From Clostridia bacterium (GTDB lineage Bacteria; Bacillota; Peptococcia; Peptococcales; SKKY01), in the NCBI GenBank assembly GCA_009930175.1, contig RZYW01000002.1, forward strand, positions 1-59,501: 59,501 nt of DNA, given 5' to 3'. The notes under the pieces were generated by a model, which saw only the letters and a list, made by a program, of their open reading frames with translations, was not told the DNA's origin and did not search any database. Numbering within the stretch: the stretch's first letter is position 1; every line of letters begins with the position of its first letter. The position numbers and the translations under genes were made by a program. Of this stretch, positions 26,908-36,142 are shown piece by piece.

Positions 26908-28251
26908 ATGGCTTTTGATGGCTTAAGTGATAAACTTCAGGGTGTTATAAAAAAACTAAAAGGCAGAGGAAAAATTTCTGAAGCTGAACTTAAAGAAGTT
27001 TTAAGGGAAGTAAGAATAGCTCTTCTTGAAGCAGATGTTAACTTTAAAGTAGTAAAAGATTTTGTTAAAAATGTAAATGAAAAAGCTCTTGGACAGGATG
27101 TACTTGAAAGTCTTACTCCAGGACAACATATAGTTAAATTAGTAAATGATGAGCTTACAAGTTTAATGGGTGGCTCAGTAAGTAAGCTTGATATGAGTGG
27201 AAGGTCTCCATTAGTAATAATGATGGTTGGTTTACAAGGTTCAGGTAAAACTACTTCTTCAGGTAAACTTGCAAATCATTTAAAAAAGCAGGGCAGAAGA
27301 CCATTGTTAGTAGCATGTGATGTGTACAGACCTGCAGCAGTAAAACAACTTGAAGTTTTAGGTAAGCAACTTGATCTTCCTGTTTTTAGTTTGGGAACAG
27401 AGATCTCTCCTGTTGAAATATCCGAAAAAGCAATTGCTCATGCTAAAGAGTATGGAAACGATATTGTAATTATAGATACTGCCGGTCGTCTTCATATTGA
27501 TGAAGCTCTTATGGATGAGTTAAAAAATATAAAAGAAAAAGTTTCTCCAAAAGAAATACTATTAGTTGTTGACTCCATGACGGGGCAGGATGCAGTTAAT
27601 GTAGCTGAGAACTTCAACAATCTTCTTGATATTTCAGGAGTTATTCTTACAAAACTTGATGGTGATACCAGAGGTGGAGCAGCACTTTCTGTAAAATCTG
27701 TAACTGGAAAACCTATTAAGTTTGCTGGTATGGGGGAAAAAATGGATGCTTTAGAGCCATTTCATCCCGACCGCATGGCTTCACGTATTCTTGGCATGGG
27801 AGATATGCTTACTCTGATTGAGAAAGCTCAAACATCCTTTGACCAGGAAAAAGCCAAAGAAATGGAAAAGAAAATGATGAAGGCAGAATTCACCCTTGAA
27901 GACTTCCTTTATCAAATGGAACAAATGAAAAATATGGGGCCGTTAGATCAGATGATGGAAATGATCCCAGGTATGAACAAAGCAAAAATGGGCGATATGC
28001 AGCTAAATGAAAAAGAAATGGCGAAAACCCAGGCAATTATTAGATCTATGACTCCTGGAGAAAGAAGAAATCCTTCTATAATAAATGGCAGCAGAAGAAA
28101 AAGGATAGCTTCAGGTTCTGGTACAAGAGTTCAAGATATAAATAAGTTAATAAAACAATTTTCAGATGCTCAAAAAATGATGAAACAGCTTTCCGGCCAA
28201 ATGAGTAAGGCTAAAAAAGGCGGCAAGTCTAAAATTAAATTCCCTTTTTAA
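26908..28251 (+). CDS. ffh: Signal recognition particle protein Ffh
   Basis: 447 aa with GLQGSGKTTSSGKLA, DTAGRL, TKLDGDTRGG and a Met-rich M domain. Confidence 0.96.
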   Translation: MAFDGLSDKLQGVIKKLKGRGKISEAELKEVLREVRIALLEADVNFKVVKDFVKNVNEKALGQDVLESLTPGQHIVKLVNDELTSLMGGSVSKLDMSGRSPLVIMMVGLQGSGKTTSSGKLANHLKKQGRRPLLVACDVYRPAAVKQLEVLGKQLDLPVFSLGTEISPVEISEKAIAHAKEYGNDIVIIDTAGRLHIDEALMDELKNIKEKVSPKEILLVVDSMTGQDAVNVAENFNNLLDISGVILTKLDGDTRGGAALSVKSVTGKPIKFAGMGEKMDALEPFHPDRMASRILGMGDMLTLIEKAQTSFDQEKAKEMEKKMMKAEFTLEDFLYQMEQMKNMGPLDQMMEMIPGMNKAKMGDMQLNEKEMAKTQAIIRSMTPGERRNPSIINGSRRKRIASGSGTRVQDINKLIKQFSDAQKMMKQLSGQMSKAKKGGKSKIKFPF

Positions 28252-28266
28252 GGAGGTGATAACAAA

Positions 28267-28512
28267 ATGGCAACTAAGATCAGATTAAAAAGAATGGGTT
28301 CAAAAAAGAAACCTTTTTACCGTGTAGTTGTAGCTGATTCCCGTGCTCCAAGAGATGGTAGATTTATCGAGGAAATTGGATATTACAACCCTAACGTTGA
28401 CCCTGCTATTGTTGAAATAGATTCAGAGAAAGCAGAAAAATGGTTAAATACTGGTGCAAAGCCTTCAGATACTGTAAAGTCTCTTTTCAAGAACAAAGGC
28501 ATCTCAAAATAA
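28267..28512 (+). CDS. rpsP: 30S ribosomal protein bS16
   Basis: [42 protein letters not shown]. Confidence 0.96.
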   Translation: MATKIRLKRMGSKKKPFYRVVVADSRAPRDGRFIEEIGYYNPNVDPAIVEIDSEKAEKWLNTGAKPSDTVKSLFKNKGISK

Positions 28513-28545
28513 GCTGAGTATTTAATCCTAATGGAGGTGTGCTGA

Positions 28546-28776
28546 TTGAAAGAGTTAGTAGAGTATATTGCTAAATCTCTTGTAGACAGCCCTGAAGCAG
28601 TAACTGTAACTGAAGTTGAAGGAGATCGCTCTATAGTTCTTGAACTTAGAGTATCCCCTGAAGACATGGGAAAAGTTATTGGAAAGCAAGGCAGAATTGC
28701 AAAAGCAATTCGTACTGTTACTAAAGCAGTTGCTACAAGAGAAGGAAAAAAAGTTATCGTAGAAATTATCCAGTAA
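28546..28776 (+). CDS. ylqC: KH-domain RNA-binding protein (YlqC/KhpA family)
   Basis: 76 aa with the KH signature [15 protein letters not shown]. Conserved position after rpsP. Confidence 0.88.
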   Translation: MKELVEYIAKSLVDSPEAVTVTEVEGDRSIVLELRVSPEDMGKVIGKQGRIAKAIRTVTKAVATREGKKVIVEIIQ

Positions 28777-28797
28777 AGGGCTTATGAGGCCCTTTTT
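28775..28797 (+). terminator. Weak hairpin plus T-tract after ylqC (possible partial terminator)
   Basis: AAAGGGC pairs with GCCCTTT around a 7-nt loop, followed by TTTC. Confidence 0.35.
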
Positions 28798-28823
28798 CTA
28801 TATTATTAATGAGGTGAGTCAAA

Positions 28824-29228
28824 ATGGATTCAATTAACATTACACGTAAAATTGTAATTAAGCAGGTAGTTACTGAAGAATTTAAAAAAGTAGCTGTAGC
28901 TGACTTACAAAATGCATTAAAACAAGCAGAAGTTGAAATGGAAGACTTTGAAAAAAAATACAGAAAAATGATTACAGAATTTACTGTAAAAAATCTTCCT
29001 CAAGTTGATGAATTAAGAGCACAGTTTGAAGCAGAAAAAGAAAGAAAAGGAATGCTGAAAAATCAGCTTTCAGAACAATTTAAAGCAGCTATGAAACTAG
29101 AAATTGGCAATGAAATAGTTCAGGCTGTAATTGATGGACCTTATGAATTAAAAATTGGAGACGATTTTAACAAGGTTAACAGACAAGAAATAGTAATAAA
29201 AGACGGTATTGTTCAAGAAATAAGGTAG
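28824..29228 (+). CDS. ylqD: YlqD family protein
   Basis: 134 aa, a coiled-coil-rich small protein in the conserved ylqC-ylqD-rimM position. Confidence 0.7.
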   Translation: MDSINITRKIVIKQVVTEEFKKVAVADLQNALKQAEVEMEDFEKKYRKMITEFTVKNLPQVDELRAQFEAEKERKGMLKNQLSEQFKAAMKLEIGNEIVQAVIDGPYELKIGDDFNKVNRQEIVIKDGIVQEIR

Positions 29229-29237
29229 GTGTTTTTA

Positions 29238-29744
29238 ATGATCAGAGTAGGTAAAATTACTAATACTCATGGGCACAAGGGTGCTGTGAAAGTTCAGCCT
29301 CTCACTGATTATCCTGAAAGGTTTGAAGAACTTCAGGATATTTATCTTGTTGATGGTGAAAGAAAAGAAAAACTTACTATAGAATCAATAAAATATCAAA
29401 AGAATAACCTTATACTTGAAATCAAAGAAATAAAAGATATGAATCAGGCAGAAATGTTTAAAGGGAAGTACCTTTTTATTGAAATGAAAGATGCCCGTCC
29501 TCTGCCGGAGGGACACTTTTATATATTTCAACTGATAGGACTTCAAGTCTATGAGGGAAATAACTATCTGGGAAAAATCAGGGATGTAATACAAACAGGA
29601 AGTAACGATGTCTATATAGTAAAAAGAGAAAATGGACAAAAAGATCTTCTTATACCTGCACTGAAACAAGTAGTTAAAAAAATTGACCTGGAAACACAAA
29701 CCATGCAGGTTGAGTTATTGGAAGGTACTCTTGATGAATCCTGA
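29238..29744 (+). CDS. rimM: 16S rRNA processing protein RimM
   Basis: IRVGKITNTHGHKGAVKV is the typical RimM N-terminus, with a PRC barrel at the C-terminus. ATG 29238 follows AGGTAGGTG. Confidence 0.9.
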   Translation: MIRVGKITNTHGHKGAVKVQPLTDYPERFEELQDIYLVDGERKEKLTIESIKYQKNNLILEIKEIKDMNQAEMFKGKYLFIEMKDARPLPEGHFYIFQLIGLQVYEGNNYLGKIRDVIQTGSNDVYIVKRENGQKDLLIPALKQVVKKIDLETQTMQVELLEGTLDES

Positions 29745-30483
29745 TCTGCACTTTAAAATTTTCACTCTTTTTCCGGGAATGTTTGAAGGCCCTTTTAATG
29801 AAAGCCTGATAAAAAAAGCAATTGATAAAGGAATCCTAACAATAGATGTAATAAATTTTAGAGATTATGCTTTTTCAAAGCATCAAACTGTTGATGATAC
29901 ACCTTTTGGTGGAGGTCAGGGCATGCTCCTTAAGCCGGAACCTTTGATAGAAGCTTTAGAGCAAAATACAGGGATGGGCAAAAATGATGAGGAAGAAATA
30001 ATTCTTCTTTCTCCTCAAGGAAAAAGATTTACTCAAAAGGATGCCCTTCTTCTTTCACAAAAGAAAGAATTATCAATTATTTGTGGGCACTATGAAGGAT
30101 TTGATGAAAGAATTCGTGATTATGTCACCAAAGAATATTCTATAGGAGATTATGTGCTTACCGGGGGAGAGATTCCTGCAATGGTTATGGTAGACTGTAT
30201 TTCTCGTCTTGTTCCAGGTGTAATTAAAGAAGAATCATCATTTTTGGAGGATTCTTTTTATAACGGACTTCTTGAATATCCTCATTATACAAAACCAAGA
30301 AATTTCAGGGGCAAAGAAGTTCCAGAGATCCTGTTATCAGGTCATCATGAAAATATCAGGAAATGGAGACTTAAAGAAGCTTTAAGAAGAACTCTAATCA
30401 GACGTCCCGATCTTCTTGAAAACAGAGAATTAAGTAAAGAAGAAATTAAACTTCTTAAGGAAATAAGAAATGAAGAATTTTAG
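29734..30483 (+). CDS. trmD: tRNA (guanine37-N1)-methyltransferase
   Basis: FKIFTLFPGMFEG, DDTPFGGGQGML, CGHYEGFDERI and GDYVLTGGE. I chose ATG 29734; the track start at 29683 overlaps rimM. Confidence 0.94.
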   Translation: MNPDLHFKIFTLFPGMFEGPFNESLIKKAIDKGILTIDVINFRDYAFSKHQTVDDTPFGGGQGMLLKPEPLIEALEQNTGMGKNDEEEIILLSPQGKRFTQKDALLLSQKKELSIICGHYEGFDERIRDYVTKEYSIGDYVLTGGEIPAMVMVDCISRLVPGVIKEESSFLEDSFYNGLLEYPHYTKPRNFRGKEVPEILLSGHHENIRKWRLKEALRRTLIRRPDLLENRELSKEEIKLLKEIRNEEF

Positions 30484-31024
30484 CATAGCTTTAATCCATT
30501 ATCCAGTTTTAAATAAAAAAGGTGATATTGTAGCTTCATCTGTTACAAACTTCGATATCCATGATATTGCAAGATGTGCCAGAACTTTTGGCCTTTCCAA
30601 ATATTTCATTGTTCATCCGCATCAATCCCAGAGAGATTTTGCCATGGAAATGATTTCTTTTTGGAAAGAAGGCTATGGCAGGGAATATAATCCTGATCGC
30701 AGTGAAGCCGTTGATATTATAGAAATTGTAAAAGATCTTCAGGAAATAGAAAACAGATACGGCAGACATAAACTAATTGTCACAACTGCCAGGGAAAGAG
30801 AAAAATTAATCGACATATATACCCTGGTAAAAGAAGCTGAAGAAAACCCTGAGGAAAAATATCTTCTTTTATTTGGTACTGGCTGGGGTCTTGCTGAGGA
30901 GATTTTCCAATTAGCTGATTACACCCTTAGGCCCGTTATTGGAGCCGGGGATTATAATCATTTATCAGTGAGAAGTGCAGCCGCAATAATTCTTGACAGA
31001 ATTAAAAATTCTGTTGAAAAATAA
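30470..31024 (+). CDS. Predicted SPOUT-like RNA methyltransferase (Methyltrn_RNA_4/DUF2168-like family, assigned from memory)
   Basis: 184 aa. IALIHYPVLNKKGDIVASSVTNFDIHDIARCARTFG resembles the family often found beside trmD. It overlaps the trmD 3' end. Confidence 0.55.
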   Translation: MKNFSIALIHYPVLNKKGDIVASSVTNFDIHDIARCARTFGLSKYFIVHPHQSQRDFAMEMISFWKEGYGREYNPDRSEAVDIIEIVKDLQEIENRYGRHKLIVTTAREREKLIDIYTLVKEAEENPEEKYLLLFGTGWGLAEEIFQLADYTLRPVIGAGDYNHLSVRSAAAIILDRIKNSVEK

Positions 31025-31120
31025 AAAAAAATATGGTAATATACCATGTGTTGTGATTACGGATGTTCCGCTTTCTCTGAAAAGGAGTTATGAGCATCTT
31101 ATGAGGAAGGAGGTAATCAG

Positions 31121-31468
31121 ATGAACGATATAATTAGAGCTATTGAGAGCGAACAACTAAAAAAGGATGTTCCTGATTTCAAACCTGGTGATACTGTACG
31201 CCTTGATGTAAAGGTAATAGAGGGAACCAGAGAACGTATTCAGGCTTTCGAAGGTGTTGTTATTAAAAAAAGAGGTGCAGGTATCAATGATATTTTCACA
31301 GTTCGTCGTGTTGCTTACGGCGTTGCTGTTGAGCGTATTTTCCCTGTTCACTCACCAAGACTTGAAAAAATCACTGTTCTTCGCCGCGGTAAGGTAAGAA
31401 GAGCAAGACTTAACTACTTAAAAGACAGAATAGGTAAATCAGCAAGAATTAAAGATATTAGAAGATAA
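31121..31468 (+). CDS. rplS: 50S ribosomal protein bL19
   Basis: [33 protein letters not shown]...SPRLEKI. GAAGGAGGT RBS. Confidence 0.96.
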   Translation: MNDIIRAIESEQLKKDVPDFKPGDTVRLDVKVIEGTRERIQAFEGVVIKKRGAGINDIFTVRRVAYGVAVERIFPVHSPRLEKITVLRRGKVRRARLNYLKDRIGKSARIKDIRR

Positions 31469-31480
31469 TAAAACAAAGAT

Positions 31481-31508
31481 AAACTGTTCCTATTAGGAAC
31501 AGTTTTTT
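31481..31508 (+). terminator. Rho-independent terminator after rplS
   Basis: AAACTGTTCC pairs with GGAACAGTTT around a 5-nt loop, followed by a T-run. Confidence 0.8.
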
Positions 31509-31586
31509 ATTATACAAACTGTACTATAATACTTTACTATGTTTTTTTTCTAATGTATAATACGTTTATGCAAATTGGAGGTACTA

Positions 31587-32060
31587 ATGAAAAGAAAAAT
31601 GATTATTTTTTCTACTCTGATTCTTATAATGTTTAATATTTCTGTTTTTAAAATTTACTGGATACCTTCTGATTCAATGAAAGATACTATCAAAAAAAAT
31701 GATTTTATTTATGTATACCAACTTCCTTATATTTTAAATTACGGGGACCCTCAATATGATGAAATCTTTGTTTTTAGATATCCCCTTGATGAAAAATTTG
31801 ATTACGTAAAGAGATTAATAGGCAAGCCTAATGATATTATTTTAATAGATAATAATAAAATATTTAGGAATAATGAAGAAGTGGAAGAAACTTATCTTTC
31901 TACTTTAGTAACTATGGAAGATTTTGGGCCGATAATTGTACCAGAAGAATCTTATTTTTTTATGGGTGACAATAGAAATAATAGTACAGACAGCAGAGAA
32001 TGGGGATTTGTTAAATATTCCCAAATTAAAGGAAAAGTAATTAAGGTTTTATGGCCTTAA
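31587..32060 (+). CDS. lepB: Signal peptidase I (second copy, canonical position after rplS)
   Basis: N-terminal TM helix, SDSMKDTI (a variant of SMxPT), VKRLIGKPND and GDNRNNSTDSREWG. ATG 31587 follows GGAGGT. Confidence 0.85.
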   Translation: MKRKMIIFSTLILIMFNISVFKIYWIPSDSMKDTIKKNDFIYVYQLPYILNYGDPQYDEIFVFRYPLDEKFDYVKRLIGKPNDIILIDNNKIFRNNEEVEETYLSTLVTMEDFGPIIVPEESYFFMGDNRNNSTDSREWGFVKYSQIKGKVIKVLWP

Positions 32061-32079
32061 GAAAGAGCAGGTATATCAA

Positions 32080-32964
32080 ATGACAATACAATGGTTTCCA
32101 GGTCATATGGCCAAAACCAGAAAATTAATACAAGAGAATCTAAAAGGAATTGATGTAGTTGTTGAAATATTAGATGCAAGGATTCCTTTGAGCAGCAGAA
32201 ACCCCCTTATTGATGATTTAGTAAAGGGAAAAGACCGTCTGGTTGTTTTAAATAAAGCAGATCTCGCAGATGACAAAAAAACCAGAGAATGGATCGAATA
32301 CTTTGACAGCCAGGAAGATACAAAAGCTGTGCAAATTAATGCCCTGAAAGATTCAAAAAATATTAAGAAAATTATCAAAGATAATATAGAAATTTTAACT
32401 AAAGAGAAAAGAGAAAAAAAACTTAAAAAAGGTATTAAATCCTTTGCTGTCAGAATTATGATTGTGGGAATTCCAAATGCAGGGAAAAGCACCTTTATTA
32501 ATTCACTTATTGGTAAACAATCGGCCAGGGTTGGAAATAAACCTGGTGTAACCAGAGGAAAACAGTGGGTTAAGCTTGATAATGAAATAGAAATAATGGA
32601 CACTCCTGGAATCTTGTGGCCAAAGTTTGAAGATCCAGAGGCTGGACTGAAGCTGGCGCTGACGGGAGCGATTAAAGATGAAGTATTCCATTTTGAACCA
32701 TCTTCAACTGCCCTGATCGAGTACCTAAAAAATAATTATCCGGAACAGTTAAAAGAGAGATACAAGCTTTCTGATGAAGAACTTAACATGGAGGCTCCAG
32801 ATGTTGCCCAAAGAATTGGTGAAAAAAGAGGCTGCCTTTTAAAAGGAGGAGCCGTTGATCTTGGAAAAACTGCCTCAATAATTATTACAGAATTTAGAAA
32901 AGGCTTTCTTGGAAGAGTTACTCTTGAATCACCTGGGGAGGAAAAGAATCTTGAACAAAATTAA
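32080..32964 (+). CDS. rbgA: Ribosome biogenesis GTPase A (circularly permuted GTPase)
   Basis: IQWFPGHMAKTRK, LNKADL and GIPNAGKSTFIN...DTPGILWPK. Confidence 0.93.
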   Translation: MTIQWFPGHMAKTRKLIQENLKGIDVVVEILDARIPLSSRNPLIDDLVKGKDRLVVLNKADLADDKKTREWIEYFDSQEDTKAVQINALKDSKNIKKIIKDNIEILTKEKREKKLKKGIKSFAVRIMIVGIPNAGKSTFINSLIGKQSARVGNKPGVTRGKQWVKLDNEIEIMDTPGILWPKFEDPEAGLKLALTGAIKDEVFHFEPSSTALIEYLKNNYPEQLKERYKLSDEELNMEAPDVAQRIGEKRGCLLKGGAVDLGKTASIIITEFRKGFLGRVTLESPGEEKNLEQN

Positions 32965-33607
32965 GGGGAAAGCTGAAAAACTAGAAGCAGAATTATTGAG
33001 AGTGGATCAGCTGTATCACTTTGAAAGAGAGATTAAGAGCCAAGGATATCAAATAATTGCAGGAACAGACGAGGCTGGCAGAGGTCCAATTGCCGGTCCG
33101 GTAGTTGCGGCTTCAGTAGTCCTGCCTGAAGGTTTGTTTTTGAAAGATTTAAATGATTCCAAAAAAGTTTCTCCTGGAAAAAGAGAAAAACTTTATGATG
33201 AAATAATAGAGAAATGTCTTTGCTTTGGAATAAAAGTGATTGATAATGATGAGATTGACAGGATTAATATTCTACAAAGTTCTTGTTTAGCAATGAAACT
33301 TGCAATTGAGGGAATGGACATATTGCCTGATTTTGTCCTCGTAGATGGACTGAAGAACAAGCTCCTGACAATCCCGCAATTACCACTTGTTAAGGGTGAT
33401 TCTAAGAGTGCATCTATAGCAGCAGCATCAATTCTTGCAAAAGTATACAGAGATCGAATTATGGACGAATATGACAAATTGTATCCTGAGTATGGATTTG
33501 CAACACATAAGGGATACCCGACAAAAAAACATATCCAAGCAGTAAAAGATTACGGGGTTTTAAAAATACATAGAAAAACCTTTACACCGATATCAATTTT
33601 GTTATAA
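32951..33607 (+). CDS. rnhB: Ribonuclease HII
   Basis: GTDEAGRGPIAGPVVAA, DSKK, the LVDG motif, and KGDSKSASIAAASILAK. I prefer TTG 32951, 9 nt after GGGGAGG, over the track TTG at 32909. The start remains uncertain. Confidence 0.88.
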   Translation: MNKIKGKAEKLEAELLRVDQLYHFEREIKSQGYQIIAGTDEAGRGPIAGPVVAASVVLPEGLFLKDLNDSKKVSPGKREKLYDEIIEKCLCFGIKVIDNDEIDRINILQSSCLAMKLAIEGMDILPDFVLVDGLKNKLLTIPQLPLVKGDSKSASIAAASILAKVYRDRIMDEYDKLYPEYGFATHKGYPTKKHIQAVKDYGVLKIHRKTFTPISILL

Positions 33608-33629
33608 AATTGATATAATTTTTTATATA

Positions 33630-33658
33630 TTGATTATTCTGAATATTCAATTTATATT
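33630..33658 (+). promoter_or_regulatory. Candidate sigma-A promoter of the nuo operon (TTGATT-17-TATATT)
   Basis: -35 TTGATT at 33630-33635, an exact 17-nt spacer containing the 10-bp palindrome TGAATATTCA (33640-33649), and -10 TATATT at 33653-33658. Confidence 0.5.
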
Positions 33659-33681
33659 CACAAATTATTTAAAAACACAAA

Positions 33682-34053
33682 ATGGGGGGAGTATCTTTGT
33701 TAAGTAATTACGCAATAATAGCAATACTGACAATAGGGGGCTTAATATTTGCCGCAGCCGCAATGTTAATATCAAGAATTTTTCAGCCAAGAAAACAATA
33801 TTCTAAAAAAACAGATACTTATGAATGTGGTTTTGAAACAAAAGGTTCTTCATGGATGAGTTTTCGTTCAAGTTACTTTGTTTATGCCCTTGTGTATTTA
33901 ATATTCGAAGTAGAAGTAATTTTTCTTTATCCTTGGGCAGTGGAGTTCAAGATGCTCGGCCTTTTTGCGATAGTAGAAATGATTATTTTCTTTACTTTAT
34001 TAATAGCAGCGTTTTTATTTGCATGGAAAGAAGGTGCCTTTAAGTGGTATTAA
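33682..34053 (+). CDS. nuoA: NADH-quinone oxidoreductase subunit A
   Basis: 123 aa, 3 TM helices, YECGFE motif. An alternative start is TTG 33697, after GGGGGAG. Confidence 0.9.
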   Translation: MGGVSLLSNYAIIAILTIGGLIFAAAAMLISRIFQPRKQYSKKTDTYECGFETKGSSWMSFRSSYFVYALVYLIFEVEVIFLYPWAVEFKMLGLFAIVEMIIFFTLLIAAFLFAWKEGAFKWY

Positions 34054-34574
34054 ATGATAGCAATGAGAAAGGTGAAGAATCTTTACAGTTAGAACTGGAA
34101 AAAAAGGGTGTTTTCTTCACAACGGCAGAAAGATTTTTTAACTGGGGAAGGAGTTGGTCTCTTTGGCCTTTTCAATTTGGACTCGCTTGTTGTGCTATCG
34201 AGATGATTTGTTCCACACAGGCTAGGTTTGATATATCGAGATATGGTTATGAAGTTTTTCGGAGTTCTCCAAGGCAAGCTGATGTGATGATAATAGCTGG
34301 TACAATATCACAAAAAATGGCGCCAGTAATTGAAACTCTTTATCATCAAATGCCTGAGCCAAAATGGGTTATTGCTTTGGGGAGTTGTGCAGTTTCAGGA
34401 GGTCCTTTTTTTGATTCCTATGCAGTTGTGGATGGTGCGGACAAAATTATTCCAGTGGATATCTACATACCTGGATGTCCTCCAAGGCCAGAAGCATTAA
34501 CGGATGGAATGTTGAAACTTAAAGAAAAAGTTAATCAGTCCGGGAAGTGGAAGGAGGCTGTAAATGGAAAATAA
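34044..34574 (+). CDS. nuoB: NADH-quinone oxidoreductase subunit B (N2 cluster subunit)
   Basis: [19 protein letters not shown] and PGCPPRPE. Confidence 0.94.
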   Translation: MVLNDSNEKGEESLQLELEKKGVFFTTAERFFNWGRSWSLWPFQFGLACCAIEMICSTQARFDISRYGYEVFRSSPRQADVMIIAGTISQKMAPVIETLYHQMPEPKWVIALGSCAVSGGPFFDSYAVVDGADKIIPVDIYIPGCPPRPEALTDGMLKLKEKVNQSGKWKEAVNGK

Positions 34575-35028
34575 TATTTTGAAGGAATATATAGAAAGAA
34601 ATTTTTTTGCACAGGCAGAGATTCTTTCAGAAACAGAAGAAAACATGACAATACTTGCAGACAAAAAAATTTATAAAGAAATTGCGGAGTATATTAAGAA
34701 CCTGGGGTACACTTTTTTAGCGGATATAACAAGTACAGACAATAAAGATTGTTTTATGGTAATATGTCAATTTTTTAGATACACAAAAAATGAGAATATT
34801 ACATTAAAAATAAAGATTGAAGACAGGGTTAATCCCGAGATAGATTCTCTTGCAGGCCTGTGGGCAACAGCTGACTGGCATGAAAGAGAAGTTTATGACT
34901 TAATGGGGATAAATTTTAAGGGACATCCTAACCTGAAAAGGATCTTGATGTGGGAAGGATACAAAGGGCATCCCTTAAGAAAAGATTTCCCAGCAGTTAC
35001 AAGAAAAAGAAGTTGGGAGTTAGGATGA
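34564..35028 (+). CDS. nuoC: NADH-quinone oxidoreductase subunit C
   Basis: [20 protein letters not shown]...LRKDFP. Confidence 0.9.
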   Translation: MENNILKEYIERNFFAQAEILSETEENMTILADKKIYKEIAEYIKNLGYTFLADITSTDNKDCFMVICQFFRYTKNENITLKIKIEDRVNPEIDSLAGLWATADWHEREVYDLMGINFKGHPNLKRILMWEGYKGHPLRKDFPAVTRKRSWELG

Positions 35029-35032
35029 TAAA

Positions 35033-36127
35033 ATGAGGACACAAACCTATAAAATAAATTTAGGCCCTCAACATCCCAGTACTCATGGTGTTTTACATGT
35101 TGTATTGGAAATAGATGGAGAGACAATTGTTGGAAGTGAAACCAATATTGGTTATCTTCACAGAGGGATAGAAAAACTTGCTGAAAATAAAAAATATCCT
35201 CAGGTTATTCCTTATACTGATCGTCTTGATTATCTTGCAGGGATGAGTAATAACCTGCTTTATGTTCAAACTGTTGAGAAAATGTTGGGAACAGAGGTAC
35301 CGGAGAGAGCCAGTTATATAAGGGTTATAATTGCTGAGCTAATGAGAATCGCTAACCATATGGTTGGTATTGGGATATATATTATGGATCTGGGTGCAGT
35401 AACAGGAGTCTTTTACCCCTTTATACAAAGAGAACATATATTAGACCTTTTTAGTAAACTTTGTGGTTCAAGAATGACTTTTAATTATATGCGCATTGGT
35501 GGAGTTGCAGTAGATATTGATGAAGATTTTATAAGAGGTACAGAGATTTTTCTTGATCAGTTACCAAAAATGCTTCATGAATACCATACCCTTGTCGACG
35601 AAAATGAAATATTTTTATCAAGAACAAAGAATATTGGGAAAATTTCAAAATCTCAAGCCGAAAGCTTTGGCCTTACTGGACCCAACCTCAGGGCAAGTGG
35701 TTTAGGTTATGACTTGAGGAAAGTTGCACCATATGAAGTGTATGATCGTTTTGATTTTAATATCCCTGTTGCTTACAATGGGGATTGTTTTGACAGATAT
35801 ATAGTTAGAATGCAAGAAGTTGAAGAAAGTATAAAAATAATAAGACAAGCAATGGCTCAGTTACCTCAAGGAGAAATAAAAGCAAAATTACCAAGGATAA
35901 TAAAGCCTGAAGCTGGAGACTGTTATCATCAGGCAGAGAACCCAAAGGGAATTTTGGGATGTTACCTTGTAAGTGACGGGACTCCCAAACCATACAGAGT
36001 TCATTTTAGACGTCCTTCATTTAATAATATTTCTATTTTTGATGAAGTAGCGATAGGACATAAGATAGCAGATTTTATTGCAATTATGGCAAGTTTCGAT
36101 TTTGTACTTGGCGAAGTAGATGCGTGA
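35033..36127 (+). CDS. nuoD: NADH-quinone oxidoreductase subunit D
   Basis: NLGPQHPSTHGVLHVVLE, GYLHRGIEKL and RVHFRRPSF. Confidence 0.94.
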   Translation: MRTQTYKINLGPQHPSTHGVLHVVLEIDGETIVGSETNIGYLHRGIEKLAENKKYPQVIPYTDRLDYLAGMSNNLLYVQTVEKMLGTEVPERASYIRVIIAELMRIANHMVGIGIYIMDLGAVTGVFYPFIQREHILDLFSKLCGSRMTFNYMRIGGVAVDIDEDFIRGTEIFLDQLPKMLHEYHTLVDENEIFLSRTKNIGKISKSQAESFGLTGPNLRASGLGYDLRKVAPYEVYDRFDFNIPVAYNGDCFDRYIVRMQEVEESIKIIRQAMAQLPQGEIKAKLPRIIKPEAGDCYHQAENPKGILGCYLVSDGTPKPYRVHFRRPSFNNISIFDEVAIGHKIADFIAIMASFDFVLGEVDA

Positions 36128-36142
36128 TAGGAGGAAGCGGCA

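Noticed and set aside
31025-31120. A possible L19 ribosomal-protein leader RNA in the 96-nt gap before rplS. It contains the hairpin ATGGTA-ata-TACCAT at 31033-31047.
   Set aside because: The position is right for the Bacillus-type L19 leader, but I cannot reproduce the consensus structure from memory. The remaining pairings I found are weak. It needs an Rfam covariance-model scan (RF00556) before being called.
32103-32603. Long antisense ORFs opposite well-supported genes. Examples: 32103-32603 (-) in rbgA, 14161-14583 (+) in the FlhG-like gene, 17746-18183 (-) in cdaR, 7635-8006 (-) across ilvB/ilvN, 57181-57552 (+) in the ABC-F, 10856-11158 (-) in leuC, and 36331-36627 (-) in nuoH.
   Set aside because: Each lies fully inside a gene with clear family motifs on the other strand. 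Their translations are low-complexity (Ser/Leu/Ile/Phe-rich) with no recognisable motifs and no convincing RBS. They are typical shadow ORFs of AT-rich coding DNA.
33640-33649. A 10-bp palindrome (TGAATATTCA) in the nuo promoter spacer, considered as a Rex (redox repressor) operator.
   Set aside because: The Rex consensus as I recall it (TTGTGAA-N4-TTCACAA or TTGTTAA-N4-TTAACAA) has a 4-nt central spacer and flanking TTG/CAA. Here the half-sites are only 2 nt apart and the flanks do not match. It may still bind something, but I cannot name a factor.
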